DNA from: an uncultured Desulfobulbia bacterium
GTDB lineage: Bacteria > Desulfobacterota > Desulfobulbia > Desulfobulbales > VMSU01
Length of the DNA: 46,227 nucleotides
Assembly: GCA_964430285.1 (NCBI GenBank)
Contig: CAYSFY010000001.1
Span: 29,185-75,411 of the forward strand
Direction of reading: 5' to 3'
In this document: positions 42,262 to 46,227 of the stretch, piece after piece
How the letters are laid out: each line of letters starts with the position of its first letter
How positions within the stretch are numbered: the stretch's first letter is position 1
Position numbers and translations under genes: made by a program
Notes under the pieces: model-generated
Database searches by the model: none
The model's input: the letters and a program-made list of their open reading frames with translations, nothing else
Told to the model about the DNA's origin: nothing

Positions 42262-42315
42262 TTTTCACTAGTACCCTATAAACTGACAAACAATCTATTG
42301 AAGCCTGAACGAGGA

Positions 42316-44331
42316 TTAGATCCAGGGGTCAGTCTCAACCACATTGATGCAGTTTACTTTCTCACACTTCCACTCCTGGGTCTTAGGATCGAAGGTGGAG
42401 TTAACGAATGCCTTCCAGTTTTCATCATCACAGGTCGGGAAATCTGACCGGTAGTAGAAGCCCGGGTAACGGGATTCCTTACGGAACTCAATGTGACGGA
42501 TATGAGTCTCTACACACCAAATACGATGGTAGTTCTCCCAAGCCCTCATGAGCTCATGGAGATCGCCGGCAGCCATCAGCGCGGCATCCTCACGAAGCAT
42601 GCGGAGGAGGTCGAGACAGATGTTCAACAGCTTGCCAGAGGTCATATAGTAGGTGGCAACACCGCCGCCGTACTCATCGGTAGCCTTCATCAGGCGCATC
42701 ATGATGCCGGCAGGCTTACAGTAGTTGGGGTTAACATCAGCGGCGGTGGTGGCACCAACATGCTGATGGTACAGCTTAACCGGGGCGTAGATTTGATCAG
42801 CCAACTCCTGTGCGCTCTGAGCCAGTTCCGGTGTGAAGCCAGCGTTGTCACGGCAGTACTTAACCATCTGCTTTGCAACGATACGACCTTCAGCATGGGA
42901 GCCGGAGGAGAACTTATGACCGGAAGCGCCAACGCCATCACCAGCGGTGAACAGGCCGTTTACGGTGGTCATTCTGTTGTAGCCCCACTTATACTGATGG
43001 GAACGAGGTCCATCAACAGTCGGTACCCAAGCTTCGTTCGGGCCGGAAACCCAGATACCACAGCAGCCTGAGTGAGAACCAAGCATGTACGGTTCGGTAG
43101 GCATGATCTCGGAACCAATCTTCTCCGGCTCGATGTTCATACCAGCCCACAGACCGGCCTGACCAACGGACATATCCAGGAAGTCTTCCCAAGCCTCGGA
43201 CTCAAGGTGTTTCCAATACTTCTTAACATCCTTATCATCCATGCCAGTGGCCTTCTTGGCATCCAGGAAGGCATTCAGGGCAACGTCGGTAGCCATATAG
43301 ATCGGGCCACGTCCAGCCTTCAGCTCGTTCAGCATCAGGTGGTTACGCAGACAGGTCGGTGTGACGGCAGAGGCGCCATACGGCATGAACTTATTCAGCT
43401 CATCCTTAACGCTGTCGCTGTTTGCATAGAACTCACCAAGACCATTCTGAACTTTGGCCTTGAACAGGAGGAACCATGCGCCAACCGGGCCGTAACCATC
43501 TTTAAAACGAGCCGGGGTAAACCGATTCTCCATCATGGTGAGGGTGGCGCCAACTTGGGCACACATGGTGTAGGTGGAACCGGCATTCCATACGGGATAC
43601 CAAGCACGCCCCTTACCTTCACCGGTTGAACGGGGACGGAAGATGTTTACCGCGCCGCCACATGCACAGAGCATGGTCTTACATTTGAAGACATGAACTT
43701 TATTTTCACGGGTAGAGAAACCAACAGCACCGGCAATGGTGTTCTCTTTGTTCTTGTCAAGGAGCAGTTTTACGATGAAGATTCTCTCCAAGCAGTTCTC
43801 TTCGCCCAGGGCCTTTTTGGCCGGCTCAGCAACGATACACTTGTAGGACTCACCGTTGATCATGATCTGCCACTTACCAGTACGAACCGGCTTGCCACCC
43901 TCGGTCAGGGACTTAGCAGGCTTAGATCCGTCCAGGTTGTCGCCATTTTCGTCAATCTTCCAGATGGGCAGGCCCCACTCTTCAAAGAGATGAACGGAAT
44001 CATCAACGTGACGGCCCAGGTCATAGATCAGATCTTCACGAACAACGCCCATAAGATCGTTACGAACCATTTTTACATAGTTCTCGATCGGGTTGGAGCC
44101 GATGTAGGTGTTGATAGCGGACAGACCCTGAGCAACGGCGCCTGAACGCTCCATGGAAGCCTTGTCAACCAAGGTGATCTTCATGTCGGCCGGAGCCCAC
44201 TTCTTAATTTCAAAGGCACAACCGCAAGCGGCCATACCGCCGCCGACGATCAGTACGTCAACGCTATGCTCAACAATCTCGGGATTGGTAACCGCGGGCA
44301 GCTCGCCCAGTGGCTGATTAGGTAACGCCAT
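42316..44331 (-). CDS. aprA: Adenylylsulfate (APS) reductase alpha subunit
   Basis: 671 aa with the FAD fold VLIVGGGMAACGCAFE and overall AprA architecture. Directly follows aprB. Confidence 0.95.
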   Translation of the reverse strand: MALPNQPLGELPAVTNPEIVEHSVDVLIVGGGMAACGCAFEIKKWAPADMKITLVDKASMERSGAVAQGLSAINTYIGSNPIENYVKMVRNDLMGVVREDLIYDLGRHVDDSVHLFEEWGLPIWKIDENGDNLDGSKPAKSLTEGGKPVRTGKWQIMINGESYKCIVAEPAKKALGEENCLERIFIVKLLLDKNKENTIAGAVGFSTRENKVHVFKCKTMLCACGGAVNIFRPRSTGEGKGRAWYPVWNAGSTYTMCAQVGATLTMMENRFTPARFKDGYGPVGAWFLLFKAKVQNGLGEFYANSDSVKDELNKFMPYGASAVTPTCLRNHLMLNELKAGRGPIYMATDVALNAFLDAKKATGMDDKDVKKYWKHLESEAWEDFLDMSVGQAGLWAGMNIEPEKIGSEIMPTEPYMLGSHSGCCGIWVSGPNEAWVPTVDGPRSHQYKWGYNRMTTVNGLFTAGDGVGASGHKFSSGSHAEGRIVAKQMVKYCRDNAGFTPELAQSAQELADQIYAPVKLYHQHVGATTAADVNPNYCKPAGIMMRLMKATDEYGGGVATYYMTSGKLLNICLDLLRMLREDAALMAAGDLHELMRAWENYHRIWCVETHIRHIEFRKESRYPGFYYRSDFPTCDDENWKAFVNSTFDPKTQEWKCEKVNCINVVETDPWI

Positions 44332-44388
44332 TGTAATTCCTCCTAAAAGTATTTTTGGCTCAAATAAGTTTTAAGCAGCGGAAATCAA

Positions 44389-44823
44389 TTACTTTGCCAT
44401 TTTGGCAGGATCGGGATTCTGAAGGGCCTTCTCGGTGGAGAGGATCTCGTCATCCAGGTTGGCGCCCTTGAGGCTCTCATAGGCGTTAGCAGCACCCTCA
44501 GCCGTGGTCCGGATCGGGAATTTGAAACGCTTCAGGTTGCCATTACGGAACTTTACAGTCCACATGATGGAGTCAGAACTCCGCATCGGATGCACCTGGC
44601 CGCCCATCGGTACGAAGTCGTTGTAACCACGAACCGCGATAGCGCCCTGGGGACAGATCTTAACACAGGAGTAGCACTCCCAGCAGGCATCGGGCTCTTG
44701 GTTATAAGCGCGCATGGCCTCCTTGTTAAGGACCATCAGGTCGTTCGGGCAGATGTACATACAGGCGGTCTTGTCCCCGCCCTTACAACCGTCACATTTT
44801 GAAGGGTCTACATAACTTGGCAT
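44389..44823 (-). CDS. aprB: Adenylylsulfate reductase beta subunit (2x[4Fe-4S])
   Basis: 144 aa starting MPSYVDPSKCDGCKGGDKTACMYICPNDLM, then CWECYSCVKICPQGAI. GAGGAGG SD upstream. Confidence 0.95.
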   Translation of the reverse strand: MPSYVDPSKCDGCKGGDKTACMYICPNDLMVLNKEAMRAYNQEPDACWECYSCVKICPQGAIAVRGYNDFVPMGGQVHPMRSSDSIMWTVKFRNGNLKRFKFPIRTTAEGAANAYESLKGANLDDEILSTEKALQNPDPAKMAK

Positions 44824-45372
44824 TAAAATACCTCCTCACATTGGAATTGAAAATTCGACGCCGCAAATGCGACGCCAGTTTTTATAAAAGACCAGCAACT
44901 GCTACCACCTTGCACCCCGCCCGGAGTTATAATTCCGTTGGTGTATACAAGGCCGATATCCTTTGCCAATACCTTACCAGACGCTCCTTCAGGGGGAAGA
45001 TCGACCTCTCGCCGTAAAGCGACATCATTCTTTCAACATGCTGATTTTACTTGTTTAATTATCAGCAAACACTTTTGTTGCAAATAAATGAAGGACGACT
45101 CATTTTTCCCAGGAAGTCTTTTAATTTCTCACAATATAAAAGTCAAGGAAAAAAACCATGCGTCACGCACGCACTAAGGAGCTAACAAGACCACCCTGCT
45201 GAGCGCAAAAAATTAGTTTGACACCCCACACCCCGATGATTAGTTTGGGCGCATATTTTTGGTGAGAGCATTGTCCCGGCATCGACGCCACCGTCATCGT
45301 CATACTAAGTTCTCTCCTGCCTTGCCAACCGCATCCACCCCGTTAATGACCAATTCTCTGTAAGGAATGACC

Positions 45373-46227
45373 ATGACCTCTACCAATTCAGAAACAAAAC
45401 AGGATATCCTCTTCGGTAAGGAAAACAACCCAAGCCATATCATGCCGGAAAAACTCACCCTGGACAGTAAAATCCAGTTCCGTTGCCACCCAGGTGTCTC
45501 CTGTTTTACCTCCTGCTGCGGGCACATCAATATCATCCTGACCCCCTATGATATCCTCTGCCTGCGCAAACGTATCGGCATAGATTCCGATGAGTTTCTT
45601 CTCCGTTACACCAAACCTGTCTACTTGGAAAAGACCGATATGCCCGGTGTCCAGATCCACCTCACTGCCGAAGGGCGCTGTCCTTTTGTCACCGATGAGG
45701 GTTGCCTGATCTATTCCGACCGCCCTTCCGCCTGCCGCTATTACCCCATCGGCATGGCCAACTTCCATGAAGGCGCCCAAGAAAACCAGACAGCGGAGAA
45801 GTTCTTCTTCAAGGTCAAGGAGTCTTACTGCAAGGGGCATGACGAGGATAAGGTGTGGACGGTGCGTGAGTGGCGTGCCGACCAGGGGGTGGATATCCGC
45901 GATGAGATGAACAGGGGGTGGATGGAACTGGTGATGCGCCGCAAATCGTTTGGCCAGCAGGCCACCCTTAGCGAACCGGCGAAAAAGATGTTTTTCATGG
46001 TCAGCACCAATCTGGAGAAATTCAGGGAGTTCATCTTCCACAGTTCATTTTTGCAGACCTATGATATCGATGCCGCCACCCTGAAGGAGATTGAGGAAGA
46101 CGACATCGCCCTGCTGAAGTTCTCCTACCTCTATCTGGCCTCGTCGCTGGTCGGTTTCCAGGACATCGCCCGTCGGTTGTGCGGAGGCAGCGTAGCGGCG
46201 TGGCTCGACAGTCTGCACGCGGGCTGG
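45373..46227 (+). CDS. YkgJ/UPF0153-like cysteine-cluster (putative Fe/Zn-binding) protein; 3' end beyond the right window edge
   Basis: Absent from the ORF track (no stop in the window). Manual plus-strand translation gives M(TM)TSTNSETKQDILFGKENNPSHIMPEKLTLDSKIQFRCHPGVSCFTSCCGHINIILTPYDILCLRKRIGIDSDEFLLRYTKPVYLEKTDMPGVQIHLTAEGRCPFVTDEGCLIYSDRPSACRYYPIGMANF... AAGGA lies 5 nt before ATG 45373, and an in-frame ATG is also present at 45367. The Cys pattern resembles the CxxCxxCC-domain family, though the spacing is not exact. Confidence 0.6.
   Translation, partial: MTSTNSETKQDILFGKENNPSHIMPEKLTLDSKIQFRCHPGVSCFTSCCGHINIILTPYDILCLRKRIGIDSDEFLLRYTKPVYLEKTDMPGVQIHLTAEGRCPFVTDEGCLIYSDRPSACRYYPIGMANFHEGAQENQTAEKFFFKVKESYCKGHDEDKVWTVREWRADQGVDIRDEMNRGWMELVMRRKSFGQQATLSEPAKKMFFMVSTNLEKFREFIFHSSFLQTYDIDAATLKEIEEDDIALLKFSYLYLASSLVGFQDIARRLCGGSVAAWLDSLHAGW

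Noticed and set aside
45120-45140. Possible Rex-type operator (TCACAA half-site in TTAATTTCTCACAAT) upstream of aprB
   Set aside because: Only one half-site resembles the TTGTGA/TCACAA consensus. The partner half is TTAATT, and a single hexamer match is expected by chance.
45388-46041. 217-aa minus-strand ORF (and nested 45825-46034, 45300-45536)
   Set aside because: It is antisense to the longer open plus-strand frame that carries ordered Cys motifs, and its own translation is compositionally odd (His/Pro/Leu-rich).

Overview
Core-genome window from a sulfate-reducing, Desulfobacterota-type bacterium. The lineage call is an inference from aprBA-qmoABC with a QmoC subunit; species cannot be determined by eye. 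From 3.5 kb to 44.8 kb everything is on the minus strand in one co-directional block: aprBA, qmoABC, tRNA Thr-Tyr-Gly-Thr, tuf, rpmG, tRNA-Trp, secE, nusG, rplKAJL, rpoBC, rpsLG, fusA, a second tuf, then the S10, spc and alpha operons ending at rplQ. The left flank (1-3.5 kb) holds a DUF58/MoxR pair, IS/MITE debris, a 105-aa orphan ORF and a hemerythrin-like gene. The right flank holds a divergent cysteine-cluster protein gene. Five real genes are missing from the ORF track and were recovered by manual translation. Three are under 60 aa (rpmJ, rpmD, rpmG). Two are cut by the window edges (DUF58 at 1-538, YkgJ-like at 45373-46227). Several track ORFs carry spurious N-terminal extensions, and the track's first M is often TTG or GTG; these starts were corrected using Shine-Dalgarno spacing. 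I see no CRISPR array, defence island, biosynthetic cluster or other convincing novel multi-gene system, so this looks like an ordinary core region. The points most worth a second look are: (1) a 147-bp MITE with imperfect terminal inverted repeats and a perfect 8-bp target duplication, near a decayed IS1595-like transposase remnant; (2) two tuf copies identical over 1,181 bp; (3) a sharp GC and codon-usage discontinuity, about one third GC in the S10/spc/alpha operons versus about 50-60% in aprBA/qmo and the MoxR flank; (4) a CxxC...CxxC motif in ribosomal protein L24; (5) unusually long structured spacers inside the S10 operon.
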